64,000 nucleotides of DNA, from NCBI GenBank assembly GCA_013265495.1, contig MU061326.1:2294001-2358000 (forward strand). Reading direction: 5' to 3'. Source of the stretch: Vicugna vicugna (Eukaryota). Position 1 is the first letter of the stretch. Every line of letters begins with the position of its first letter. The notes under the pieces were generated by a model, which worked only from the letters and a program-made list of their open reading frames with translations, was not told where the DNA came from and ran no database searches. Positions 37,389 to 50,560 of this stretch are shown one piece after another. The position numbers were made by a program, and so were the translations under genes.

Positions 37389-37726
37389 GGGGAGGGTATA
37401 GCTCAGTGGTACAGCACGTGCTTAGCATGTATGAGGTCCTGGGTTCAATTCCCAGCACCTCCATATAAAAATAAATAAATGATGTTATTGATTTAGTGAT
37501 GGGAATGTTGGCTATCCTGATTGTGGTGCTAGTTTCATGCGTGTATACATCCATCAAAATTCATCAAATTGTACATCTGAAATATGTGTCGTTTACTGTA
37601 CAGGAATCATACTGCAATAAAGGTGTTAAAAATAAAAATAAATAAATACACCAAATTACCTTTCCCTATAAAAAGAGACTTCTAATTACAAAAAAAAAAG
37701 TAAAAAAAAAAAAGAAAGAAAAGAAA
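37389..37726 (+). mobile_element. Vic-1-type SINE split by a 152-bp nested insertion
   Basis: Head ggggagggtatagctcagtggtacagcacgtgcttagcatgtatgaggtcctgggttcaattccc, then the insert, then a tail resembling the 22263 copy; related flanking repeats agaaaggttcatgga and aagaagtttcatgga. Confidence 0.85.
37481..37632 (+). mobile_element. L1M-like 3' end inserted within SINE, with 15-bp TSD
   Basis: tgatgggaatgttggctatcctgattgtggtg...gtatacatccatcaaaattcatcaaattgtacatctgaaatatgtg...gcaataaa; exact repeat taaaaataaataaat at 37466-37480 and 37633-37647. Confidence 0.7.
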
Positions 37727-38365
37727 AAGAAGTTTCATGGAGGAAATTACCACTGGGCTGAATCTGAAGGAAAGAAGGCACATTTCCAGGTGCCACATCA
37801 GGGGTGAATATTTTGGCCGGAGGCAAGAGGACACGTATGAGGCACAGTGTTTTCAGGGAGCATGAAAGAGTTCATGTCATTGGAGAAGAAGGTCACAGGG
37901 GAGCCATGGGAGCAGACCTGACCATGACCATGAACCTAGCAACTGCCCACGTGGAGAAAGAGCACGAAGGTCACTCTTCAGAAAAGCAGCAGCATTGGGA
38001 CTTTTATTGTAGAAAAGTGACCTGTAGCAGCATGAAGGATAAAATAGGAGGAAGGGACCGTAGGCAACTGACCAAGAAGAAGTTAAGTCTCCTTCTTGGA
38101 TCAGTATATAACAGCCAGATGTGGTATTTACTTTTAAAGAGCATGGTAACCCTGGCAGGTAGTCTAAATTTTTCATTAAAAATCATCAAATAGAGAAAAT
38201 GAGAAAACAGAAATATGCTTGTGTTAAAGGCGAGGACCCACTCCCAACATTCCATTCTCTTCCACTCCAGTAAAACACAAGAAACTAAATTTTGAAATAG
38301 CTTCATGTAGGTCTTGACCGAAAGACATTTAAATAAATGTTCAGTAGATCCAACTTATTTAGAGT

Positions 38366-38455
38366 ATTTTATTTTTTTAATAGAGGTACTGGGGATTGAA
38401 CCCGGGACCTCATACATGCTAAGCACGTGCTCTTCCACTGAGCTATACCCACCCC
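38366..38455 (-). mobile_element. Vic-1-type SINE
   Basis: gaggtactggggattgaacccgggacctcatacatgctaagcacgtgctcttccactgagctataccc is the reverse complement of the family head. Confidence 0.92.
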
Positions 38456-40684
38456 TACCGACCTTCTTTTATTTTTTAATACTATGAACAGACAGTTGGA
38501 AATTTAGAACCACTTCCCCTTTCCCCTGGAAAGTTGGAGATGCAATCCTTGGATCCGAGACTCCAGTTCACCGGGTGAGTCATTAAAGCATCATTGTGCC
38601 TCCTGGGCGGTTGATAAGGGTTTTCTTTTCGGTTTTGACTTATTATTTATTCTTTTCAGAACCTCGCATCTTTCCCCCATGTGTTGTTCTTTGTGAGCTA
38701 GCTCAGGAATTCAAGACATTTTTAAAGGGAAAAAGAGAGAAGCAAGTGGACTTTTTACTGCTTACCCGAATTCCGTGCATCACATCTGAAATGATGTTTC
38801 CAAACAAATCAAATAAGGTCCCTGTCGCTGAGCATTTTTGCATTTGAATAATGAGCTGTCTGAGGATCGCCCTAACTTATACTCAAAAAGAAAAGCAAGC
38901 CAGAGGAAAACCTTGGCTGTAACTTCTGAGACTGAGGTGAACTTGACGGAGAAAAGAAAAGCGCTTCAGATCCTGAGAAGGCCTTTTCTCCTTGTTTGTG
39001 AGCCAGGTTCCAGCGTCTGTGATACGATTAAATTCTCTGAAATCTGGTGTGCTATCGAGCAGGGCCGTTCTCATTGTTGCTGGGCTGGGCGTGTCCACGT
39101 GATACGTGCAACTTGAGGCATCAGAATGATGAGAGATACAGACTTCAAGGGAGGGAGAAAGAGCTAAATGGTGCTCTTTGTTTCCAACGCACATGGTACC
39201 AAGATAAGCCATCCCACCGCATCATCCTCTGGCCGGGCAGAGGAGGGCCAGGAGAGTGATTCAGAGCTCCATCCCCAGTGTGCTCCATCCAGTGTGTGAA
39301 GCCACACCCCTGGACTTCCGGATGCCTGCTTACAAGGAACTCTTTGATAGGGACTATGCCCTCATGACACATCCAGTTCGGATGCTGAAAATGATAGCAA
39401 ATTTACACCTGTAATACAGTAAAACCCAATTTAAATGAGCCTCCCCATGAAAGACAACATCATACAAGGGGCAGTGGGTCTGAGGAAACTGATGCTGGTC
39501 CTGAACTTACTTGCCTTGTCTGCCCTCTGCACGCCTCACCCTTGGCCGGGAAATAACCCGAGGGAAATGAAGAAAGGAAGAAGGAAAAGCCACAGGCTGC
39601 AACGAATGGGGCAGAAAGAAGATGCACAAGCACGCAGGACACAGGGAGGAGGGCATGCCGATTCAAGTCAGTGTTGGGGAGCTCCCAAAGTTAGCATAAT
39701 GAGAACACTTTGGAGCTAAGTCCTCAGCAGATGTGACAGCGTTCAGCCACACGATTTTCATTAATGGTCCTGGGAATCCTGCGCTGGAAACCAACGCCCT
39801 GAGCGGAGAATTCTCTCCATTGTTTTATATCCCCCAAAGCCATCATTGGTTGTTACATAAACGTCATCTCGCTTAATTCCCAGTGTATCTTCTCTCTCTC
39901 ATCCTCTGTTCGACATACACGTACACAGGCAACTGGTCTGGATCTTGCTCATAAGGAAAGCACACAACGAGCGCGGAGGGAGATGTGAAGGTTAACATCT
40001 CTTGACCTCCTTTGCATTTACCCAGCGAGGAAGTCAGGCTGTGTCTGTCGTGAGCACCTGTGCTGGCTGCAGAGTGAAGGGTGGCCTTCCTTCCCGAGTT
40101 CCCTTATGTAGGTCGCTGTGGCTCAGAATTGCCTCTCTCAGAAAATCACCATTGAAACGGCAGAGAGAGAAATAAAAACACAGATCACAAAATTCTTTGA
40201 ATACAATGCCCCAAAGGAAAGAAGATGCCATAGCTAAACAAGGATGTCAAACAAGCCACGGAAGATGAACCGTGCCTGCTAGGAGCGCTCCTGTTCTGTT
40301 TGGCCAGCAGAGAGTTAAGCATGAACCACTGTCTCCAGATCACAGCCCAGCCCGCTGAGGGTTTCAGCACTCAATTCACCCTTCCTCGACTTCTCCACAC
40401 GCGCAGAAGGGTGTACCTGCAAAGCAGCAAAGACACATGTCCTGGACTCCCAGACACTTGTTGTTGGTGACACATGAGCCCTCCAGGTAGAGATTTTGGC
40501 TGTCCTTGGAGAGTTTAAATTTGATCTTAGATTGTTGGGGGTGGTGGGGTTGGGGAAGGATGTGCAAAATCTGCCCTCTCTCCTGCAAAGATATAAAACA
40601 ATAAAGCACAAATGGTAACTCTAACAAGAGCCTTGTCCCTCGTTACAGAGTGTCCAGGCTGGAGGGGGTCCTAAAGCTTGTGAA

Positions 40685-40810
40685 GTCACAGTCCTCATTT
40701 TACAGATGGGAAACAGAATCCCGGAAGTGCTAAGTGAGCTACAGGAAGCTGAGCTACCGGAAGTGAAACCTTGGTCTCCTGGTTTGTGCGCCAGTGTTCC
40801 TTCCTATAAC
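40685..40810 (-). mobile_element. MIR fragment carrying ETS / ETS-IRF motifs
   Basis: cctcattttacagatgggaaacaga (MIR core) followed by ccggaagtg, acaggaag and accggaagtgaaacc. Confidence 0.6.
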
Positions 40811-41194
40811 CTGGACACAAGAACAAATGTTAATGCCTTTTATTAATCTACAATTGATCAATCGAATTCTCAAGTTTGGCTGTAAAGCTCCTTTGGTCCA
40901 ATCGTAATTTTACTCTATTTTACTTATTTGTTTTTTCGATCATTAAATTGGTGGATTTCAGGAAGAATCTTTTAGATTTCTTTGGCTTTTTATTTCCTTT
41001 ATGGACAAATTTTAATTCTTACAAAATGAAATAATTTACGGAAACTTTTGGATAATGAATATGTTTCCATTTGTCAAGAAGTACTTTAAATGATTTTTAG
41101 AAGAAATTTAATGACTTTGACTCTGAAATTGAATTTCCTGCAGTGTGAGTTTTTGCAGAATTTCTCCTGCATTGGGCTATGGGAACTAGTACTT

Positions 41195-41420
41195 ATATTT
41201 GAGAAAACAAGGCTTTGGAGTCAGGTGAACTTGGGTTCAAGTCTCTATTGTCATTTTCAACCTGTGATCTTGGTTGAGTTATTTAATTGCTTGGAGTTTC
41301 TGTGGTTTTCACTGTAAAATGAGAATGTTAATATGACCTGATTCTCAGGCTGTTCTGAAGAAAACCTAGGACAACATAAATTAAAGATGTAGGCAAATAC
41401 ATTGAGATGCTTAATGAAAT
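41195..41420 (+). mobile_element. MIR SINE
   Basis: aggctttggagtcaggtgaacttgggttcaagtctc...ctgtgatcttggttgagttatttaa...ctgtaaaatgagaat. Confidence 0.6.
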
Positions 41421-42859
41421 GTTGGTGACTTTCCATTACTGGTAGAAATGATCTATGTAATTATACTTGTAAAAAGGCAAGATTTATCCCAAGAGATTTC
41501 TGTCTATTTTGTTTATTTATTCTAGCTCTTTATGGGATATGAGCTATTCTCAAGCCCCTCTAAAGGGAGTTGCTGGCAGGAGATCAATTATAACCCCTGT
41601 CACAGTGCCTTGTAGCAGTTAATATTAATCAATCTATATTGGCTTATTTTGCTCATTGGTTAACTTCAGTTGGGTTGTAGCTTTGTCTTCATGCCAGGTT
41701 GCAGGAGTCATGGGAAGGGTGGTGTCCAAATGACAGGCAGGGGAGGTATTGTCTTGCCTGGTAAGGAACCTCTTCTTGGTTTCCAGTAGTCTCTTTTGTT
41801 CCTTCAGATCTCACACTTTGCAAGCCTGGATTGGTTCTTGGATGATGACTTAGCAGCCAAAGCTACAAGGACAGTCATTAAGGGATGACTTGTCCCAGGC
41901 TTGGGACACCCTTACNNNNNNNNNNNNNNNNNNNNNNNNNNNNNNNNNNNNNNNNNNNNNNNNNNNNNNNNNNNNNNNNNNNNNNNNNNNNNNNNNNNNN
42001 NNNNNNNNNNNNNNNNNNNNNNNNNNNNNNNNNNNNNNNNNNNNNNNNNNNNNNNNNNNNNNNNNNNNNNNTATTCATTCAAGTAAAGAAGATTGAGTTA
42101 AACATAATCTCAGTTCAAGGCATATTACCCCCATTGGTCTGTGAAAGTCTCTTCTCTTGTTTATTTATATCTCTATATAAACAAGCATTTATTATGTTTA
42201 TTCCTCTCTTTCCCCAATGCTTTTTAATATNNNNNNNNNNNNNNNNNNNNNNNNNNNNNNNNNNNNNNNNNNNNNNNNNNNNNNNNNNNNNNNNNNNNNN
42301 NNNNNNNNNNNNNNNNNNNNNNNNNNNNNNNNNNNNNNNNNNNNNNNNNNNNNNNNNNNNNNNNNNNNNNNNNNNNNNNNNNNNNNNNNNNNNNNNNNNN
42401 NNNNNNNNNNNNNNNNNNNNNNNNNNNNNNNNNNNNNNNNNNNNNNNNNNNNNNNNNNNNNNNNNNNNNNNNNNNNNNNNNNNNNNNNNNNNNNNNNNNN
42501 NNNNNNNNNNNNNNNNNNNNNCCTAGAATTTCCATTGTTTCACTTGTTGCCCACTCTCTGATTCAATGACAGCCAACACTTCTCTGAGTTGCTGAATTTT
42601 TCATCATTGCTCTTACTTGTCCTTGACTTACTTTATATTAATATCCAATTAATTAAGACACTTAGAAATCCCAAAGCCACTTCAAAAGGATACACATTAA
42701 GTAGGTTCGGCTGAAGAAGGCAACACTGCGTGTGATTTTTACCCTTTTGAGCATCATGTAGGTTACTTCCTCTTTTGTTTTCAACCTTATCATACTATGA
42801 CTAAAATTCTCTTTTTTTCCTTCTTGTATATCTCTGCATTCATCTGGTTAACTCTATCT

Positions 42860-44155
42860 GCTTATATCCATCTGAAAAAAAATTCAATTTATACCCCTCG
42901 TCACTTACAAAATTATACTTCATCTGGATTAGAGACAAATGTAAAGCACAAAACTATAAAACTTTTAGAAGAAAACACAGGAGAAAGTCTTTATGACCTT
43001 GGATTACACAAAGATTTCTTAGATGCAGTCCCCAGGTCATTATTCATAAAAGAATAAACTGATAAAATAGACATCAACAANNNNNNNNNNNNNNNNNNNN
43101 NNNNNNNNNNNNNNNNNNNNNNNNNNNNNNNNNNNNNNNNNNNNNNNNNNNNNNNNNNNNNNNNNNNNNNNNNNNNNNNNNNNNNNNNNNNNNNNNNNNN
43201 NNNNNNNNNNNNNNNNNNNNNNNNNNNNNNNNNNNNNNNNNNNNNNNNNNNNNNAAAAAATGAGCAAAAATTTTGAACAGACATTTTACCAAAGAAGATA
43301 TATGGATGCAAATAAACACATTAGAAAAGCTCACCATCACTAATCATTAGGGAAGGGCAGATAAAATCAAAATGACACATTCTTATATACCTATTAGAAT
43401 GGCTAACTGATTCTACCAAAATGATTTCTAAACCGATTCTACCAAAGTGTGAAGATATGGAGCAACTAGAACTTTCATAACCTGCAGGTGGGAATGTGAA
43501 AATGGTACAACCACATTGGGAAACAGTTCAGCAATTTCTTCAAAAGTTAAACATACGCCCAATGTACAATCAAGCCATTCCATTTTTAGGTATTTACCCA
43601 AGAGAAATAAAGCATATCTCTATTCAAAAACTAGTACCTGAATGCTTATAGAAGCTTTATTTGAAACAAACAAAACTGGAAACCCAAATGTTAATTAACA
43701 AATGAGTGGACCAACAAAGTGTGGTATTCCCATACAATGGAATACATCTCAAAACTACAAAGGAATGAACTGTTGAGACACACAGCAGCATGCATAAGCC
43801 TGAGAATAATAATTGTGCCCAGTAAACATTGCCATACCAAAATAAAATAGGTTATACCATATAATTCCAATTCTACACGATCCTAGAAAATGCAAACTGA
43901 TCTATGGTGCTGGAAACCAGATCAACAGCCCCAGCGGGAAGAGGTGATGAGAAAAGGCAGGGAGAAGAGATTACAAAGAAGCATGAGAAATTCGGGGCAG
44001 GGGGGTGATTGATGTGTTCGTTTGCTTAGTTGTAGTGAAGTTTCCATAGGTGTCTCCAAATGTCAAAACTTACCAAATTAATACTGTAAATGTGGGTAAT
44101 TAACTGTATGTCAATTACACCATAATCAATTATTGAAAATAAAAATAAGGCAGAA
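42860..44155 (+). mobile_element. L1M (L1MC/MD-like) ORF2 3' end and 3' UTR
   Basis: aatgtaaagcacaaaactataaaacttttagaagaaaacacaggagaaagtctttatgaccttggatt...gacattttaccaaagaagatatatggatgcaaataaacac...caaatgtcaaaacttaccaaatt...aaaataaaaataa. Confidence 0.9.
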
Positions 44156-45949
44156 ATATTCTAGCAACTTAGGAGGTGAATACAATAAAAAGGATGCGTG
44201 AAGAAATCTTAGCCAAAAGGAAGCAGCTCTCCCTGCCCCTTAGTGAGCCGGGAACGACTCTTACACAGATAAGTGAGAATCAGAGAAGGTGGGACTCATC
44301 CCATTTGCCCAGACCATTACTGGGATCCTCTCACCCCAAGTCCAGTGACCGACTGGTCCCTCTAACACACTGTTTAGAAAAAGTGGATAAACTGTAAAAT
44401 TATAAAGCAGGCTCTTTTTTTTTTTTCCCACTGTTCTTTGTGTCTCACCCTTTGGCTTAAGCCCATCGTCTTTTCTGGGGATGGGACTAACACTTTCTCT
44501 CTGTTGGAGTTTCTTTCATCACTTTTCCAGCCATGGATTGGCTATCAGTAGATCAGTCCATATCAGGTTAACGAGCAAAAAGCTGCCTCATTGGTTCTCG
44601 AGTGCTTGCTGGTCCCCCTTATCTGTAAAAGCCTTTTAAACTTCATGTAGACACACAATCCTGAGGCAGGAGGGAAACGTTTTGGATTAAACAATCCGGT
44701 ACAGTTTGTAAACACTTGCCTTATATAGTCCTGGGTATTATGCGTGGGGTACAGGTAACGTTGTCCTAGTAAAGGGACACACAATACCCCCTAGATTAGA
44801 ATAGCTTTAAAAGTTCATCAGTTTCTCAGTTTTTTCTTTTTTTTTAAGCACAACAAATGTTTCTTTAGGATAAGTTTGATTTTTACCCTCTTGACTCTGC
44901 AAAGTACGTTTTCTTCTTTGCATGGAATTTTCACCCTCCATATCACCTTCCCTGGTGAGATATATTTTTACAATGAAAACCTTTTCTATGACCGTGAAAG
45001 GAAAAATGATCCCCTGAATGGTACCTGAGTATTAAGATTCTTATCAAAAGGTGTGAAACATTTTTTTTCTACAGGGAACAAAGTGGTCAGGAGCCTCTGT
45101 CATTGCTTCTGTACTGGACTAGGATGTGCTGTGAGATTCAAGAGTGACAGGGGAACTTTGGAATTAGAGCACTGATCAGACTGTCCCTTGCACGTAACCG
45201 AGGGGCGACAGGCTTGAGATTAGAGCAAACATACCAGGAACAGCTTTCCAAACAGAGCAGCAGGAAGAACTTGACTCCGTGGGACCTGTGACCCCATCCT
45301 GGGCTCTGACCCTATTATGGGCATGACTTGTGTGGTTCAGGAGAGCTAATGGGCCCACAATCAATCAGATCTCTGACCTGAGCCTGATGCACCAGCTTTC
45401 ACCATTTGAGAGGACCATCCACAGACTGACTGAGTGGCCACTGACGTCATAGCAACATACAAGAAATAATTGGTAGCACTTGGGAGAGACTTCTGGCTGC
45501 AACTGGTTCTTTTGTGCTGTGCTCAGTGTAATCAGAAAATCCTTTTTCATGCAGTCAGCCTCTCCAAACTGGTAGTCATCAAAAGATGACAATTAAGATA
45601 GCCATTTTTACTTTTTAAATTTTCTAAAGCATTGGAAAGATTCTCTGTCTTGGGAGAATTCGATGAGCTGGTTTTCTGGCATTTAACTGCAGTGCTGTGG
45701 GTCTAGACTGGTGTCAGATTTTCCGGTGTGCAGATTTCCAGAGAGCTATGGCTTTACACTGAGTCTTTCTTTTGAAACAGTAGNNNNNNNNNNNNNNNNN
45801 NNNNNNNNNNNNNNNNNNNNNNNNNNNNNNNNNNNNNNNNNNNNNNNNNNNNNNNNNNNNNNNNNNNNNNNNNNNNNNNNNNNNNNNNNNNNNNNNNNNN
45901 NNNNNNNNNNNNNNNNNNNNNNNNNNNNNNNACAGTTGTTTGGGGGCAT

Positions 45950-46280
45950 TTGGGGTAGCACTTACAAACGGGGGAAGACCAATTTTCAAAAAGTCCTGAT
46001 TGATGGCTCAGGATTGAACTAGCATTTGGGTTCCCTTGGCCTCTGGACTCTTGCATCATCTGAGCACACAAAGAAGATGAAATTGGGGCACACATAATCC
46101 AAATATCTCCTAGCAGGATTTTTGATGGAGAGCCATAACCTGGAAAAGAGGCGTGTGATTGCACAAGAGTCAACGTATTTGAGTTTGCGGCAGGGTCTGC
46201 CAAGGTCACAAGCCATTTGGATTTCATGGATTCATAGTATTGGGCCTTCACTGACTTCTTTGCTATCGAAGGTCATTTTC
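45950..46280 (+). mobile_element. Possible CR1/L3 fragment
   Basis: ccaattttcaaaaag and ctggaaaagaggcgtgtgattgcacaagagtcaac resemble the CR1 PIFKKG and HLE..VI...QHGF coding segments. Confidence 0.35.
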
Positions 46281-47234
46281 TCTTGGTTCGATCAGCTTCC
46301 TATTGACAGAAAAAAAAAAAAAAGCCTGCCGAAAGCTGTCCTGGACCTTAACAGCTCTTATGAAATGAATTAGTATGATTTCAGTATGAACGATGCAGAA
46401 AACATATGGATTAAATTTCCTTTCACATACAATGTGGGTTCAAATATTAAAGGGGAAAATGCTTTGGAAACCTGTGTTTGGGGTTTTAGCCAGTCTCATA
46501 TATTTGAACTATAGTTTTAAGTACCCTGGGAAGGAAGAAAATACTTGGAGGTGCTTCCAGCAGGTGGACACAGGCGGGGATGCCTTCTCAACTTCCATGA
46601 GACGTGGAGATGCTTCATTGTAACAGTGACCGATCACATCGAGTTGACTGTCTTTCTCCATGAGACACTGACTTCTCCAGGGCAAAGACCCTTAACCTTT
46701 TCTCTTTGACTTCTAGGACACAATACAGTACTTGCTGCATATTAGGCGAGGAGAAAATCCTTCTGGTACGGAGGAATGGGCCTATGGATTAATTAATTAA
46801 TTAATCAACTTGCACCCATTTAGCCTGGACTTTCCCTGTCTGAGCTTTTGCGGCATGTCTTCCATCTCCGTACGTGGTTGGTGGTCAGCTCATCAGGGGC
46901 CATACCACAGGGTTTCAAAACTTGCAACAAACCACATTTGGGATTGAATTCCCCGCGGATGACTCTCACTATGTTGTCAATTGTCAGAGGCTATTTTTTT
47001 TTCCCCAAAATAGTCTGGGTTTGGTAAAACTCAGAACATGTTTTCCCGAGAACATCCCCCCATGATCCAAACCCATGTATATTTTTGGGGAAATTTAATC
47101 CATGTGCCTCTCAGTTCATTCGCACAGATCATCCCAGATCATCAACATGCTTTTCAGTAAGAACTATTGAGAGATTTTTAGGTAAATATTTTTTGTCTTG
47201 TAACTACAAAGTTGCATTTGCCCAATGATATCTG

Positions 47235-47720
47235 GGACAGACTATGCTGAGTGTCTACCCAAGAGTCCCCATTCTTCCGTCCTAATTGAATCTCAATTCT
47301 ATTCTGATTTGGGGCAACCATGTGGATTTCCTTCCCAGGCTGAGCAGGGGTCGGGGTGGAGTAGGATGAAGAGTTGATACTTATTAAGCTAAGTGATGAT
47401 ACAAATATCTTCCCTCTTCCTAGTGATCACGTGGGCATCTGGTCTTCGCTTGACCAGTGTGTTTTACTGGACAGACATCTAGCAACGTTTTCTTTACCCT
47501 TAAACAGCAACCCATCTACAGCCACTGGGCTCTCCCCGCCTTTGGATGCTGCCTAAGAGGACATGGTTTCTGGACCTGCAGTAACCATCATGAAACCAAG
47601 GGAAGAAGAACAAGGAAATGACAGAGAAGCCAACCTGGATCCCTGAGGTTCTTGAGCCTCTGAATCTACTAACTCTGGGAGTCTTACCATGTGTAGTAAC
47701 AAATCCCGTATCTTTTTCTG
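47235..47720 (+). mobile_element. Old MLT1 (J/K-like) LTR
   Basis: ggtttctggacctgcagtaaccatcatgaaacc...ttcttgagcctctgaatc...ctgggagtcttaccatgtgtagtaacaaatccc. Confidence 0.55.
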
Positions 47721-49029
47721 CCACGATGAATTAAATAGCCTCACTGCCAAACGCATTCCAACCGCAAAAATACAACACCTAAACTGTGGTTTTAGAATTT
47801 CTGGATTGGTGGAAAAAAACTTTAGAACCCACTTAATATGAAGTTGTTCACTCAGTGGCAAAACTTGAGTTTTTACCTTCTATAAGTTAACAGCCTTGTG
47901 AGAGGCACTGGGAATTAAATACCAATCTTAAGTATATATAAACAGTAGAAAATTGTGTGTGTGTGTGTGTTAACCCTTTCCTTGTTTGCATGTGTTCAGT
48001 TGCCCTCTTCATTTTTTTTAAACAAAGAAAAATTATAAAACGGTGTAACAAAGGAAACCCAAAGTACAAAATTCCTTGATTGAACTTGAAACTGAACCTG
48101 AAACTGAACTTGACACTGGTTGCTATAACTCATCAGTAAGGAACTGATGAAGTAAGTTAAACTGTCTAAAGTATATTAAATTACTTAAAATGCTAAAAAA
48201 AAAAAATTAATGTGGTTCAATCTCTCCTGTCTTCTACTCTTTGCCTTTAAACCTCATTTCCAGCTAGTCCAGATTTTTCAAGATCTGCTTCTACTTGCTT
48301 GTTGGCCCTCAGTTAAGACAGATTCATTTGAAATAGTGCTACAGATTTTGGGAAAACAAAAATCAAAATTTAGTTAGTGTTTTTTTCTTGACCAAATGAT
48401 CAACTGTATAATTCACACATCTAATTTAGTTGCTTTCTACAGCACACGAGGCATAAGGTATTACAGAATAATGGTCAATACAAACCAGACAGACAGTTCG
48501 TTCTGGGGTGGCTGGTTTTCATATGTGAGATCCTGGACTGCAAGAGGTGGGAAGATCAATAGAAAGAAACTCATCCGGTGGCTTTCAAAGTGTGTTTCTC
48601 AGTGCTTTAAGCCTTAACTGCTCTTCCCTTGGTGACCGGCAATCATATTTGTGATGCAAAGTTTGCACAAGGGAGGCCCTAGTGAATGACACCAAACAAA
48701 AGCCACCATGTATAGTACAGACAACACGGGTCAGAAGAAAATACAGCGTTGTGATTCCTTTCAAATCGTGAAGGAAGCGGTCCTTGAAGACCAGGATTTG
48801 ATTAGGTGGCTAAGAGGAGCAAGGAACACCAGACAAGGTGGGACAGCATGAAGAAAGCCACTGTGGAAAAGCCTTAGGACTGAGCAGAGGCTTGCTTCAC
48901 TGATGGGACAAGCTGATGCTGGGGAACAGCAAAATTTGGAAGATCAGCCTAGATGAGTAGATTTTGAGTCAGGTTAACCTTGACGACATCTACTAAGTCT
49001 CAGCCTTCAGGGAAAGCCAATCAAACCTT

Positions 49030-49165
49030 GGATTTTTGAATTACAACATGCATATGAATCATCTGGAGATCTCGTTAAAGGGCAGAGTGCATTGGTAATA
49101 TGCCCCCAGCCAAGGCCTATTGCTACTGGTCCGCGGATACACTGAGCGGCTAAAATGAGGCCATT
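49030..49165. mobile_element. MER5-like remnant
   Basis: aacatgcatatgaatcatctggagatctcgttaaa...ctactggtccgcggatacactgag. Confidence 0.45.
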
Positions 49166-50049
49166 GTCGCAGAATCTGATCCGGGGTTAGGAACGCTCTT
49201 AAATTAACAGGGACAGTGGAAAGGGAGAAAAAAAATCTGAGAGGATCGGAGAATGAAAATCTCAGTATTATCAAAAAAAAAAAAAAAGATAGCAGTTAGT
49301 TTTCCCTAAGTTAGCGGTTTGTTCTGTGTCCCCAGAGTGGATTTGTGGTGCGTGTTCTGCACTTAAAGCCACATAGTCCTGGAGTTGAATCCCCTTTCTG
49401 CCACTTCCAGGGTAGTGCTTCTCATTTTTCTAATCTACGGATGCTCATCTATTAACAATTTTACCATTCTACGGCTGTCGGGGGATTGTATCGATTTATA
49501 TGTCCACCAGGCACCCGCCGTATAGTGCAATTATTGTTCTAATTGTTGTCATTATTATTCATTAATCCTACAAACCACATGAAAAGAATTTCTAACTACC
49601 CCCAAGGAGCGTGGGTATCTGCATCTCTCAAGACACCTTTATGTCTCATAGAAAGACGATCGGCTTCTGCTAATCGTCTTGGGAAAAACATTATGTGACG
49701 ATACTAAACAGGATTTCCTTGTAATTGGAAGCATCTAATTACTACCATGTGCAGGTCTGATGAGGCGAAGAAAGAACATTTATGTATCTGAACCACTTGC
49801 GAATGGTCAAGGGTGCCATATCTAAATCCCATCAGTAAAGACATGACATAAAACTCCCAAGTGTTGGAGCTTTGAGTCCTTTATGAAGACCCCACTGCTG
49901 GCAAGAGACATAAATGTGCTTTCACGGTCATTTTAATGAGTTATTTAATTCTAATTCTTCCTGCTTTGAAAACAGTATTCTTCCTCATACACCCTCTTAA
50001 TCCCATGCCCACCTCCCACACGCAGCACACACCCCCCAACCACACGTGC

Positions 50050-50220
50050 ACCCACTCAGGCCGCTTGTACAATGAAGAAATGGAATCGCAGAGCTGGGAG
50101 GGCCCGTGGAAATTATGACTGCGATGACTTCATTCCGTAAATGAGAAGATGGAGGCATTTAGCTTTAAAGCATTCACTCAGCTCACACAGGTGATTACTA
50201 GTGTGTTCGTATTTCTGAGG
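50050..50220 (-). mobile_element. MIR/MIR3 fragment
   Basis: cagagctgggagggcccgtggaaatt...ttccgtaaatgagaagatggaggc...cactcagctcacacag. Confidence 0.55.
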
Positions 50221-50344
50221 TAAGAAGTCTAAGGAAGGCTATAAAGAAAGGAAAATACACCATCTTTTATGATTCTTCTTAGGAAAATGGGTTTTCTGGT
50301 GTGTCTTTGTGGTCATAGATTTGAGCAGGCGAGATGGGGCAGGG

Positions 50345-50560
50345 GTTATGGGTATGAACTCTGGCTGAGGCTACCTGATTCAAGTCCAGCTCTACCTCTT
50401 GGTGGCTATATAACCCAGGACGTGTTGCTTAACCCCTGGACCTCAGTTATCTCTCCTCTAAAATGGGATTAATAATACTAACCTCATTTTGCAAGGCTGT
50501 TGCCCCAGTTAAGTTGTCCGGTAGATATAGAGTGTCTGGAAGGATACCTTGCTTTTTGTG
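50345..50560 (+). mobile_element. MIR SINE
   Basis: gattcaagtccagctctacc...ttgcttaacccctggacctcagttatctctcctctaaaatgggattaataatac. Confidence 0.65.

Larger units (their letters stand above)
37205..38060 (-). mobile_element. L2 fragments interrupted by SINE
   Basis: ccattcattcattcacc...gaggaatcaagaaaggttcatgga|SINE|ggaaattaccactgggctgaatctgaagga resembles antisense L2. Confidence 0.5.

Noticed and set aside
48082-48117. Three tandem 12-bp units (gaacttgaaact-like)
   Set aside because: A short degenerate minisatellite with no spacers. It is not CRISPR-like and has no functional hint.
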